A DNA stretch of 64,000 nt from assembly GCA_036479435.1 (NCBI GenBank), contig JAZGFI010000103.1:33955-97954 (forward strand), written 5' to 3'. The notes below the pieces were generated by a model that saw only the letters and a list, made by a program, of their open reading frames with translations, made no database searches and was not told the origin of the DNA. A program made the position numbers and the translations under genes. Positions 9,636 through 18,877 of this stretch are shown one piece after another. This DNA comes from Planctomycetota bacterium. Its GTDB lineage: Bacteria > Planctomycetota > GCA-002687715 > DRQF01. Numbering within the stretch: the stretch's first letter is position 1; each line of letters begins with the position of its first letter.

Positions 9636-9674
9636 GAAGTCGAGCCTTGGGAATGAATGGAATCGGGAGTGGAG

Positions 9675-10931
9675 CTACTCGATGACGACCCGAGTGCCGT
9701 TAGTCGCGACCCAATCTTCAGCGAGGGCCGTCGGCGAACTGTAGAGCACGCCAGCCGCGTAGAAGGTCATCCCGACCAAGAACGGCGCGTTGGGGAGCAG
9801 CATTCCAAATACTGCGAGCCCATCGGCGTTTAGGTTGCCATTAAATTCCGCGAAGGCTAGTGGGCGCGGAAAAGTGATGGATAGATTGAAAAGGGCATCT
9901 GAATCGAGTGGGAGGACCTGCATGGTGCCGGGAATGAGGATTCCACTGTTTGCGGTGCTGGCGATGGCCATGGCAAATTGCCAGTTAGGTTGCGCAGGTG
10001 CGTTGAGACGCCATTCTACTCGAGCCCCGACTTCGGCCGGGGTTACTTGACGCAGAAGGCGTTCGATCGCGATGCGGTGGATCTCTCCGGTGTTGACGGT
10101 AACAAGGACGCTTTTCCCACCGACGTCGATGGCGATATCCTCGGCGCCGCTACCGTCACCGAGCGCCGACGCGATGACTTCAATTTGGCCCGTGTTCGCG
10201 TTAATTTTGGTGACGTCGCCGTTGTAGATGGTGGAAGCGAGGATGACTCCTGATTCGGTGGCGACAATATCGCTAACGAGAAAACAATTGTTGGCGACGG
10301 ATACGGCGGTATCGGCGATGGGGTCGTACTCGTAGATGGAGGTCAGTCCCAAAGCACCGATGTAGAGCTTGCCATTCATGCCGTCGGCGACGTCCGTGGC
10401 GCCGGGAATTCCCGATGCCAAGAGTAGGCGGCTGACTTCGATGCCGTTGACTAGCTCGACGCGCCAAAGATCGGTGCCACCGGTGAAGAAATTACTCGAG
10501 GTCAAATCCGCCACGTACATCGATCCACTTTGATCAAAAATGACATCGATGGGGATGAAGTAACCCAGGCTCGAGGTGGTCAGCAGCCCGGTCACAAAAT
10601 CATAGCGCACGATAGTGTGGGTAATGGAGTCGCCGATGTAGAGCGCGCCATCGGGTCCAAGTTCCATCGACAAGGCCAACAGCGGCTGTGTTGAGAGCGG
10701 GGTCCAAACGGCGGTGGTACTGTTGGGGTCGTAGATACCAACTTCTTGGATGTCCACCCGCGAGAGAATAATTTCACCGTTCGGCCCGATGACGATGTCA
10801 TCCACGGTGTCCGGCAAGACTCCGACCAAGGGCTGATAATCGGAGATGTCGAGGCTCTGGGCCAAGGCCACTGGCATACACATCGCGGCGCCTATTATCA
10901 GGGCCGCGATCAAGATGGATCGGTCAAGCAT
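9675..10931 (-). CDS. secreted NHL/beta-propeller repeat protein
   Basis: Start taken at the internal ATG giving MLDRSILIAALIIGAAMCMPVALAQS (signal peptide). Repeated YIGD/YVAD beta-propeller blade motifs. Confidence 0.5.
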   Translation of the reverse strand: MLDRSILIAALIIGAAMCMPVALAQSLDISDYQPLVGVLPDTVDDIVIGPNGEIILSRVDIQEVGIYDPNSTTAVWTPLSTQPLLALSMELGPDGALYIGDSITHTIVRYDFVTGLLTTSSLGYFIPIDVIFDQSGSMYVADLTSSNFFTGGTDLWRVELVNGIEVSRLLLASGIPGATDVADGMNGKLYIGALGLTSIYEYDPIADTAVSVANNCFLVSDIVATESGVILASTIYNGDVTKINANTGQIEVIASALGDGSGAEDIAIDVGGKSVLVTVNTGEIHRIAIERLLRQVTPAEVGARVEWRLNAPAQPNWQFAMAIASTANSGILIPGTMQVLPLDSDALFNLSITFPRPLAFAEFNGNLNADGLAVFGMLLPNAPFLVGMTFYAAGVLYSSPTALAEDWVATNGTRVVIE

Positions 10932-11058
10932 GCGGTCTACTCTGGTAACGTTGAAGGGCGAGCATAGCAGTCCCCAGCTGCCGGTTCCTATCAGAATTCG
11001 GTTTAGAGATCGCCAATAGCCCCAATCGTGGTCCGGAATCGACAGAATCATCGTTGAG

Positions 11059-13239
11059 CTAAGGACTTGGCTCGCTTTTCCATACTTGGGGTTTCAGGCC
11101 CTGTAGCCAGGATCTTAGGCATCCATGGCGGTGTGCATAATCGTTCGCCCCTACCGCCAGGGCCAAGGCCCGAGGATCACCGACAATGACCAAAAGGCGT
11201 TTCGCGCGCGTGACGGCGGTATAGAGAACGGGTCTTTTGAGCAGCAGGAAGTGCTGATTATAGACCGGCAAGATCACCGCTGGGAACTCTCCGCCCTGGG
11301 ATTTGTGCACCGTCATCGCCCAGGCGGGCGCGATGTCCGAAAGGCTCGATCGGCCGTATTCTTGGCGAGCGTTGCCGAAGCGCGCCATGAGTTGCCCCCG
11401 CGCCAGGTCAATCGACTCAACTCGCCCCAAGTCTCCATTGAACAACTCGCGGTCGTAGTCGTTTCGGCGCTGCATGATCCGGTCGCCTCGGGCAAACCTA
11501 AGATCCCCGTGTTCCAAGAATTCCGCATGAGGATCACGGGCCTGTTGCACGGAACGATTCAGTTCCAGAGTGCCGACGGGACCTTTGTGCATCGGGCTGA
11601 GAATTTGAACGTCACCAGGCCCAGATTGGTCGAGACGTCGAGGGACTTCTTCCAGCAAAAGTCGCGTGACAATCTCGGCGCCTCGCCTCGGGTCTTTCTC
11701 CTCGATGAACAACAAATCCGCGCCGTCGTCGGCAAGATCTGGTATTCGTCCGGCCAAGATCTCGTGCGCGACTCGAATGATGCGACTGCCCTGAGCTTGT
11801 CGAAACACCCGGGTGAGGCGGAGGACGGGGACGACTCCCGCGGCAATGACGTCTCTGAGGACCGTCCCCGGACCGACGGATGGAAGTTGTTCCGCGTCGC
11901 CCACCAACAACAGGCGTGCGCCCTCGGGAAGGGCCCTCAGCAGGTGTAAGAACAGTGGAAGATCTAGCATCGATGTTTCGTCGATGACGATGATGTCCGC
12001 AGCGAGCGGATAGTCCGTACCGTGAGCAAAACGACCGTGGCCACCGTCAAACTTCAACAGACGATGAATGGTGGTCGCCTCCAAGCCGGATACCTGTTCC
12101 AGTCTCTTGGCGGCGCGACCGGTGGGGCAGGCCAAGGCGATGCGGAGGCCGCGGTCGCGCCAGATGCGTACGAGACTGCGAAGGACCGTCGTCTTGCCGA
12201 CGCCAGGACCACCGGTCAACACGGCGACCTTAGATTGCAAGATTCCTCGAATGGCCTCTGATTGCTCGCTCGACAGTTCGGCCTGGATCGCCTTCGACGC
12301 TTGCGTTGGCAGCCTTGGGCCTAGGGGGTCGCTCGAATTGAGGTGGGTTGAGAGTCTTTGCGCCGCCTCGGTCTCGGCATCAAAAGCGAAGGCGTCATAG
12401 ACATTGTAGTCGCGTTCCGGAGAGTCTCGCGCGATGACGATTTTTCGCGTTGCGACCAGTTCTTTGAGCTGCTGGCGCAGCGGAGCTTGATCGACCTCGA
12501 GTAAGTCTGCCGCTCGCTCGAGCAAGACCGGTCCCGGCAGACAGATGTGACCTTGCACCAAAGCTTCGTCGAGAGCGTGGCTGAGGCCGGCATTGAGCCG
12601 CGAGGGGGCATCCGCGGCGGTGCCCTGAGCCCTGGCGACGCGATCTGCCAATCGAAATCCGACACCCGATACTTTCTCGGCGAGGAGGTAGGGATTGTGC
12701 TGCACCCGTCCCAGGCCGTCGTCGCCGAGGGCATCGGCGGCCCGCAAGGCCAAAGCGGGCCCCAGGCCGTGTCCCTGGAGAAAGATCAAAAGTTCGCGGC
12801 GTTCGCGCTCGCTACGCCAAGTGGTGGCGATGGTGTCGGCGCGCCTTTTTCCAATTCCCTCGACTTCGGTCAGCCGCACGGGTTCGTCGTCCAAAACTTC
12901 GAGGGTCTTGTCGCCGAAGGCTTTGACGAGTCGCCGCGCGAGCTCGGGTCCGATGCCCTCAACGCGAGGCCCCGCCAAGTACTTTTCAATACCGATGAGA
13001 GTTTGCGGGGTCAGGCGTAGGGCGCTTTGGGCTTTGAAACGGGAGCCAAACTTGGGATGCTCCTCGAAGATTCCGTGGAGCCGAAGCTCGTCGTTTTCAA
13101 ACAGATCTCCGGTAATGCCGACAACGGTAAGCTCGCCACCGCGGGCAGGCCGAAACGAAAACACGGAGAATCCCGTGTCTTCGTTGGCAAAGATGACGCG
13201 CTTGACGCGCCCTTCAATGAGTTGGAGATCATCGTTCAC
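11059..13239 (-). CDS. recD2: RecD2-like ATP-dependent DNA helicase (RecD/TraA superfamily 1)
   Basis: 726 aa. N-terminal RecD2-type region (VIFANEDTGFSVF), helix-hairpin-helix segment, Walker A LTGGPGVGKTT, Walker B/DEAD-like region, C-terminal SH3-like region. Typical length for RecD2. Confidence 0.85.
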   Translation of the reverse strand: MNDDLQLIEGRVKRVIFANEDTGFSVFSFRPARGGELTVVGITGDLFENDELRLHGIFEEHPKFGSRFKAQSALRLTPQTLIGIEKYLAGPRVEGIGPELARRLVKAFGDKTLEVLDDEPVRLTEVEGIGKRRADTIATTWRSERERRELLIFLQGHGLGPALALRAADALGDDGLGRVQHNPYLLAEKVSGVGFRLADRVARAQGTAADAPSRLNAGLSHALDEALVQGHICLPGPVLLERAADLLEVDQAPLRQQLKELVATRKIVIARDSPERDYNVYDAFAFDAETEAAQRLSTHLNSSDPLGPRLPTQASKAIQAELSSEQSEAIRGILQSKVAVLTGGPGVGKTTVLRSLVRIWRDRGLRIALACPTGRAAKRLEQVSGLEATTIHRLLKFDGGHGRFAHGTDYPLAADIIVIDETSMLDLPLFLHLLRALPEGARLLLVGDAEQLPSVGPGTVLRDVIAAGVVPVLRLTRVFRQAQGSRIIRVAHEILAGRIPDLADDGADLLFIEEKDPRRGAEIVTRLLLEEVPRRLDQSGPGDVQILSPMHKGPVGTLELNRSVQQARDPHAEFLEHGDLRFARGDRIMQRRNDYDRELFNGDLGRVESIDLARGQLMARFGNARQEYGRSSLSDIAPAWAMTVHKSQGGEFPAVILPVYNQHFLLLKRPVLYTAVTRAKRLLVIVGDPRALALAVGANDYAHRHGCLRSWLQGLKPQVWKSEPSP

Positions 13240-13259
13240 GGGCCCAGGATACTCGATCC

Positions 13260-13402
13260 GGTGCCAGGCACCACGCCGTCACTCTGTGGTGCCTGGCACG
13301 GAAAAGTGACGGCGGGGTGCCTGGCACGGAAAAGTGACGGCGGGGTGCCTGGCACCGCCTAGGGTGCCTGGCACCGCCTAGTCACTCTGGGGTGCCGGGC
13401 AT
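13260..13402. repeat. tandem array of palindromic GGTGCC(T/A)GGCACC units (28-bp unit x2, 19-bp unit x2, flanking degenerate copies)
   Basis: Seen directly: ggtgccaggcacc (13260-13272); ggtgcctggcacggaaaagtgacggcgg x2 (13288-13315 and 13316-13343); ggtgcctggcaccgcctag x2 (13344-13362 and 13363-13381); ggtgccgggcat (13391-13402). Lies in the divergent intergenic region between recD2 and the GT1 gene. Confidence 0.85.
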
Positions 13403-13424
13403 AGACAGGAGAGGGGAGCTTCCG

Positions 13425-14582
13425 TTGTCAGATTCGCTTCGAATTCTTCGGGTCATCACGCGTCTTAATGTCGGCGGGCCTTCGCGTCATGTGGTGCAGC
13501 TCATGCAGGGGCTGGAGTCGAATCGTTTCGAGCAGACTCTGGTTGCGGGTGAACTCAGCGAAGGCGAGGCGGAACTGCCTGACGCTAGGGCTTTGAAGCC
13601 GAGGTATTGCCGGGAACTTGCGCGCCGCGTGAGCCCTCAAAAAGACCGCCGCGCCTACCTTGAACTGAGGGGCATCATTGCCGAGCTGAAGCCGCACATC
13701 GTGCACACCCATCAAGCCAAGGCCGGATTGTTGGCGCGTTTGGCGGCGAAGCACGAGGCGGGGCCTAAGCTGGTCCATACCTACCACGGTCATACTTTTC
13801 AGGGTTACTGGAATCCGATTTTCGGGCGCCTCGTGCGAGGCCTTGAACGGCGGCTCGGCATGATGTCAGATGCCCTGATCGCGCAGTCAGAGTCTCAACG
13901 CGAAGAGCTTCGTCAACACTTGGGGGCTCGAGTCGCGGATCGGATTCGGATCATCAAGCCCGGAGTGAACTTCGACTTGTTCGAGGGAACAAGAGTTGGA
14001 ACACGGTCCTCAGAGACGATCTCAATTGGATTCGTCGGACGGCTTGCCACCGTCAAGAATGTGCCGGACTTCTTGGCAACGCTAAAGCAGCTCCAAGACC
14101 ATCATTCACTTTCCTTCAAAGCGAAGATCATCGGCGACGGTGCGGCATCGCTTCGAGAGCGACTTGAAGAACAAGCGCGAGCGCTGGGGGTGGCGGAAAA
14201 GATCGAATGGAAGGGTAATTGCAAGGACATGGCAAAAACCTATCGGGAGCTCGACGTCGTGGTCATGACCAGCCGCAATGAGGGGACCCCATTGGCCGCG
14301 ATTGAGGCGCTTTATTGCGGTTGCCGTTTCCTGTCCTACGACGTTGGGGGGATTCGTGACACGGTGGGAGATTTAAGCGGCGTGACATTGGTGCCGCCGC
14401 GAGACTTCAAACAACTGGCGGAAGCTCTGGTCAAGGTCGTTGCAAAGGGAGGACCCTGCGTTGATCTCGAATTGGAAAATCTGCAGCGGGAACTGAGTCA
14501 GCGATTTGGAAGCGCACGCCTAACGGCCGAGATTGCCGAGCTCTACGAAGACATCACCCGCGCGTCGCCGACGCGCTCTTAG
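13425..14582 (+). CDS. glycosyltransferase family 1 (GT-B, GT4-like)
   Basis: Begins LRILRVITRLNVGGP, typical of GT4 enzymes. C-terminal EGTPLAAIEALYCG(C) E-x7-E region. Start chosen at in-frame TTG 13425, 5 nt after GGAGAGGGGAG. ATG 13392 is possible but lacks an RBS. Confidence 0.75.
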   Translation: MSDSLRILRVITRLNVGGPSRHVVQLMQGLESNRFEQTLVAGELSEGEAELPDARALKPRYCRELARRVSPQKDRRAYLELRGIIAELKPHIVHTHQAKAGLLARLAAKHEAGPKLVHTYHGHTFQGYWNPIFGRLVRGLERRLGMMSDALIAQSESQREELRQHLGARVADRIRIIKPGVNFDLFEGTRVGTRSSETISIGFVGRLATVKNVPDFLATLKQLQDHHSLSFKAKIIGDGAASLRERLEEQARALGVAEKIEWKGNCKDMAKTYRELDVVVMTSRNEGTPLAAIEALYCGCRFLSYDVGGIRDTVGDLSGVTLVPPRDFKQLAEALVKVVAKGGPCVDLELENLQRELSQRFGSARLTAEIAELYEDITRASPTRS

Positions 14583-14977
14583 TCGTCGCAGCGAAGGCGA
14601 TCCGCGATGAAATTGCGGATGCTGTTCTGAGCTTCTTCGTCTTTCCAGCCAATCCACCAAAACTCGACGCCTATCTCGTAGCCGCCTTTTTCTTGGGCGT
14701 CGCACCAGGAGACTTTGCCCATTGAAATGACCTCCATCGGGAAGCCCGGAAGCTGCAATTCCAATGCCAGCATTTGGCCTTCTGCGACGGCCGCTGGAGC
14801 TTCAAAACTGATACCACCGCCGGAGATGTTGTTGAGGGCCGCGGCATGCTTGGTCTTGAGATCGTCAAATCGCCCGTCGGCGTCCTCGACGGGCCGGAAG
14901 GTCATTTCACAGTTGGCGCTCACTCGCGGAAACCCGCGGTTTTCCATGAGGGCGGGTTTTTGCTTGTCGTTCTTCAT
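14579..14977 (-). CDS. PilZ-domain protein (putative c-di-GMP receptor)
   Basis: RGFPRV (RxxxR) plus NNISGGGISF (D/NxSxxG) PilZ signature motifs. 132 aa. End overlaps the GT1 stop by 4 nt. Confidence 0.7.
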   Translation of the reverse strand: MKNDKQKPALMENRGFPRVSANCEMTFRPVEDADGRFDDLKTKHAAALNNISGGGISFEAPAAVAEGQMLALELQLPGFPMEVISMGKVSWCDAQEKGGYEIGVEFWWIGWKDEEAQNSIRNFIADRLRCDD

Positions 14978-15106
14978 GACGCGCCGATCTCCCTGGTCCA
15001 GCTCGGGCTTTATCGACTCATTTGAGGTCGATCTTGACTGTAATCGCTAACAGCCCCAGCGCGGATGAATCAGACATTGCGACACAAGTTGTTTCAGATC
15101 AATGTC

Positions 15107-16303
15107 TTAGGGGATGGGAAGGCCGAAGCAAGAACTCCTTGGGTCCCAACACAAGATGCGGCGGTGTTTTTTGTAGACCTTGCCCAGTTCGGCCAAGGTG
15201 TTCGCGGCCGCGAAGTCTCGCCTGACCACCCCGTGGAAAAAGCGTCCGAGAGCTTTTGTCGCCGCTCCCTTGTCGCCCTCCTCCTTTGAGCCGTAAAGCC
15301 TCAGGCAGGCGAAGAACAAAGTGGGATGACCAAACTTTGGCAGCTCTTTGACGAGGACGCGGCGGTCCCCTTCGAGCAGCAACTTCATGACATCTCTAAT
15401 CTCGCGAAGGTGGCGCGGCCGCAGCGGCGTGCCTGGTGCCGTCGACTTCAGTTGCGAATCCAAAATCGCCCGCATGCCTTGCATCGCCAACTTGAGGGCT
15501 CGGGCCTCGACTTTACGTTTATCGCTGGGACTGAAGACGCCCAGTAGCGGGCCGCGTCTGCGTTTTCCTGAGAATCGAGCCGCAGTCGCTTCGATTTCCG
15601 AGCTGGGGCAAAGGCTAAAACTCACCGCGTCGACACCCGCCGACCAAAAAGCTCGGTGGTCGCCCGGAGGTGCAAAACCCATGATTCTCGATTCCGCCGG
15701 GCCCAAGCATCTTGCGAACTCGGCGCTGATCGAATTCGATCCGCGGCCCAGTAAGAAGACGTCGCCAACCCCGCAAAAGTCGGCGTGGAGGACCGAGCGT
15801 ATGACGCGCGCCTTGTTAGCGGCAATCCAAGCCTTCGAACCACTCAAGCTGCGAGCGCCGCGGTCAAAAAAGCAGATCTTCAGCGCGGCCTTGGGGGGCT
15901 GGGTTTGATAGTGGTGAGCCAGTTGAATCGCCAAGATGCAGCTTGAAATCGCTCCGTTGGCGTTTTTTTGGCGCGCCGCGGCGTCATGGTGGACGCTGAG
16001 GACGGTCAAAGCCCCGGTTTCGGGCCCAAAAGACAACTCGAGGTTGCGGCCTCTTTTTCCGCCCTCGCTGAAATCGTGGCGCTCAAAGGGGATCTTGAGG
16101 CGGTCGAGTTCGGATTCAATCCAACTGCGGCGCGCAGTGGCCGGTTGCCGGTGAAGAGCGGCGGTGAGGGCCAACAGGTCCGTTTTCGCTTTCTGCTGGA
16201 CTTGGTCATCGACCGGCGACGGGAGCGGACCGGCCTCAAAAGCACGCATGATGGCGATGAGAGTGAGGATGGCCACAATCTGAGGAGATTCGAGCTTGAG
16301 CAT
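15107..16303 (-). CDS. hypothetical secreted protein, weak M28-peptidase-like features
   Basis: Signal-peptide-like start MLKLESPQIVAILTLIAIMRAFEA. HHDAA...NANGAISS and GDHRAFWSAGVDAV segments loosely resemble M28 metal-ligand blocks. Low confidence. Confidence 0.35.
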   Translation of the reverse strand: MLKLESPQIVAILTLIAIMRAFEAGPLPSPVDDQVQQKAKTDLLALTAALHRQPATARRSWIESELDRLKIPFERHDFSEGGKRGRNLELSFGPETGALTVLSVHHDAAARQKNANGAISSCILAIQLAHHYQTQPPKAALKICFFDRGARSLSGSKAWIAANKARVIRSVLHADFCGVGDVFLLGRGSNSISAEFARCLGPAESRIMGFAPPGDHRAFWSAGVDAVSFSLCPSSEIEATAARFSGKRRRGPLLGVFSPSDKRKVEARALKLAMQGMRAILDSQLKSTAPGTPLRPRHLREIRDVMKLLLEGDRRVLVKELPKFGHPTLFFACLRLYGSKEEGDKGAATKALGRFFHGVVRRDFAAANTLAELGKVYKKHRRILCWDPRSSCFGLPIP

Positions 16304-16485
16304 GCGGCGACTATAACAGCTCGGTCTGGGCTGAAGCGATTCTCGATCACAGCGCATGGTCACCGGGCGGCGGTTGACCGATTCAGCTCGCGCGGGTCAG
16401 ATAGGGCTACGCGAAAGCGTTGTTCTTGACGCGCAGGCCGTGTCTTGAGTCTTGAACGAACTGGGAGAAAAGGGACTTGCTTAAA

Positions 16486-18627
16486 ATGAAGCTCCTCGGA
16501 GGCCGGCGACTCGCCATGATCGTGGCTTGTATGGTTTTGACGACCATGACGGCTTGGTCTGCCTTCAGTCCCGATCCCTCCCCACAAGAAAATGGGAGTT
16601 TTCGCGCGAGCGTGCAAGACGAGAAAGTCGCGATTCGCAACGCGCCCTTAGACGTCAAGATTGAGCACGTCGACTTGCGAGGCGACACGATCCCCGGTTT
16701 TGACTGGAACGGCGCGAACCTGGACATCAAGGGCATTGATGACCTCGACGGTAAAGCTATCGAGAGCGCAGCTCTGCGACCCGAGCCAAAAGACGGACGC
16801 CGCACGACAATCATCGAAATCGACGACGGAGCGCTCCTACTTCGAAACGTCGTCTTGGTTGATGACGTTTCGGTGACTTACCGAGCAAAGAAGTACGACG
16901 TGATTCCGGACACCGTGCCGGGGATCGTTGCGATCTTGCCGGCGCTCATTGCGATCTTGTTGGCGATCATGTTTCGCCAAGTGTTGCCCGCCTTGTTTGC
17001 TGGCGTTTGGGTCGGCGGTATCTTCATTGCCGGAGGCCCCTGGGCTGGTTTCCGCTACGTCGTTACTGAGCTAATTCCGACCACGCTGTCCGATTCGAGT
17101 CGGCTCAGCATTCTCGTGTTTTCTTGTCTACTCGGAAGCGTCGTCGCCTTGATCGCACGCATGGGGGGCACGCGAGGACTCGTCGACTCCATGTCGAAAG
17201 TTGGCGATAGCCGGCGAGGGGCTCAACTGACGACTTGGTTTTCCGGGATGTTGATCTTCTTCGACGACTACGCCAACGCGCTTCTCGTCGGCAATACGAT
17301 GCGACCTATTACCGACCGTTTTCGGGTGAGCCGCGAAAAGCTGGCTTTCCTCGTCGACAGTACGTCAGCGCCGGTTGCCTGCGTGGTGGTTATCTCGACC
17401 TGGATCGCGGCCGAAATCGGCTACATCCAAGGCAAGCTCGAATTGGAAGCGGTGCAGATTGCGACGGGGTGGACCCCGGACAAGGCCTACCAGATTTTCT
17501 TGGAGACCATCCCCTACAACTTCTACCCGATCTACTGCATCGCCTTTTGCTTTTTCATTTGCCTCTTCCAACGCGACTTCGGTCCGATGCTAAAAGCGGA
17601 GCGCCGCGCCTTTCACGACGGCAAAGTCCTCGCCGATGGGGCGGTGCCGCTCAGCTCCCGAGAGATGGATCAGCTCGAACCCGCCGACCCCAACCGCCAG
17701 TACTGGTGGAACGCGATGATCCCCATTGGGACGGTCATTATCTCGGTCTTGGGGTTCCTCTATATCACCGGGGCCGAAGTTATTGAGGAGAGCCACCAAT
17801 CCGCTCTCCAAGAGATTCGCGCGCTCGAATTTACCCGAAACTCTGCGGACACCGCGGTGTCCGAGAAGTTAAGACTCGTGTCCCAAATTGCCGTGGAGGA
17901 AAACCGGGCCGAAGCCTTGGCATCGCCGCCGCTTCGAGACATTTTTGGTGCCGCAAAGAGTTACCACGCCTTGCTCTTGGCCGCCTTCCTTGGCGTCATC
18001 GCCGCTTTGATCTGTGGGATGGGGCAAGGCCTGTTGCGCCTCGGCGAGTCATTCGAGGTCGTGACGGCGGGCATCAAGGCGATGATCCCCGCCGTCCTGG
18101 TGTTGACCCTGGCATGGGCGCTGCAAGACGTCTGTGAACGCTCCAATACCTCACAATGGCTCATCCACCACATCACGCTGAAGTCCACGATCTTGCCGAT
18201 GTTGATCTTCCTCTTGGCCGCGGTCATCGGATTTTCGACCGGGACGAGCTGGGGAACGATGGGGATCTTGGTGCCTTTGACCATGGATTATGTCGTCAGC
18301 CTGAGCGTGGAGGAGTCCTTCATGGTGGCCGAGACCCAAGTGCTCTTGGTCAGCTCGGTGGGGGCGGTGCTCGCCGGGGCCGTTTTCGGCGATCATTGTT
18401 CGCCGATCTCAGATACGACGATCATGTCCTCGATGTCCTGTGGCGCCGATCACGTCGATCACGTGAAAACCCAGCTGCCCTACGCCTTTTCGGTGGCCTG
18501 CATTGCCATCTTAGTGGGCTATCTACCCGCAGGTTTTGGAATCTCGCCCTGGATCCTACTTCCTCTCGGAATCCTGCTTTGTGCGGTGGTTATCCGGGTC
18601 TTGGGGCGCCGAGCGACGGACAGCTAA
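16486..18627 (+). CDS. NhaC-family-like membrane transporter with ~150-aa N-terminal extracytoplasmic domain
   Basis: ATG 16486 (9 nt after AAGGGA). Signal/TM region, then a soluble domain, then ~11 TM helices. LVGNTMRPITDRFRVSREKLAFLVDSTSAPVA resembles the NhaC Na+/H+ antiporter family. Confidence 0.5.
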   Translation: MKLLGGRRLAMIVACMVLTTMTAWSAFSPDPSPQENGSFRASVQDEKVAIRNAPLDVKIEHVDLRGDTIPGFDWNGANLDIKGIDDLDGKAIESAALRPEPKDGRRTTIIEIDDGALLLRNVVLVDDVSVTYRAKKYDVIPDTVPGIVAILPALIAILLAIMFRQVLPALFAGVWVGGIFIAGGPWAGFRYVVTELIPTTLSDSSRLSILVFSCLLGSVVALIARMGGTRGLVDSMSKVGDSRRGAQLTTWFSGMLIFFDDYANALLVGNTMRPITDRFRVSREKLAFLVDSTSAPVACVVVISTWIAAEIGYIQGKLELEAVQIATGWTPDKAYQIFLETIPYNFYPIYCIAFCFFICLFQRDFGPMLKAERRAFHDGKVLADGAVPLSSREMDQLEPADPNRQYWWNAMIPIGTVIISVLGFLYITGAEVIEESHQSALQEIRALEFTRNSADTAVSEKLRLVSQIAVEENRAEALASPPLRDIFGAAKSYHALLLAAFLGVIAALICGMGQGLLRLGESFEVVTAGIKAMIPAVLVLTLAWALQDVCERSNTSQWLIHHITLKSTILPMLIFLLAAVIGFSTGTSWGTMGILVPLTMDYVVSLSVEESFMVAETQVLLVSSVGAVLAGAVFGDHCSPISDTTIMSSMSCGADHVDHVKTQLPYAFSVACIAILVGYLPAGFGISPWILLPLGILLCAVVIRVLGRRATDS

Positions 18628-18877
18628 GCGAGTATTCAGCCGCAAACGAGCCGCCATTTTGGCAAAATTGCCGCTTTTGGAAGAATGCCCCGGTGCAAGA
18701 GAGCCAGCATGGCGCTTCTTTTTCGACAAATCGTCGATTTGAAGCAGTTGCTATCACTCTGCTGCGCGCGGTCCGACGACGCATGGGCGTGAGGGACCGT
18801 TTTCAATACAAGATTTGCCGAACAACCTATCTCGAAGAATGCGGCCTTAGGGCCCCGAGTGGAAGCGAAACGGAACC

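Noticed and set aside
13288-13381. Possible CRISPR array (exact 28-bp direct repeats)
   Set aside because: The repeat units are directly contiguous with no spacers. Only two copies of each unit are present. No cas genes are in the window. The unit is itself a palindrome family seen elsewhere. It is classified as a tandem/REP-like repeat instead.
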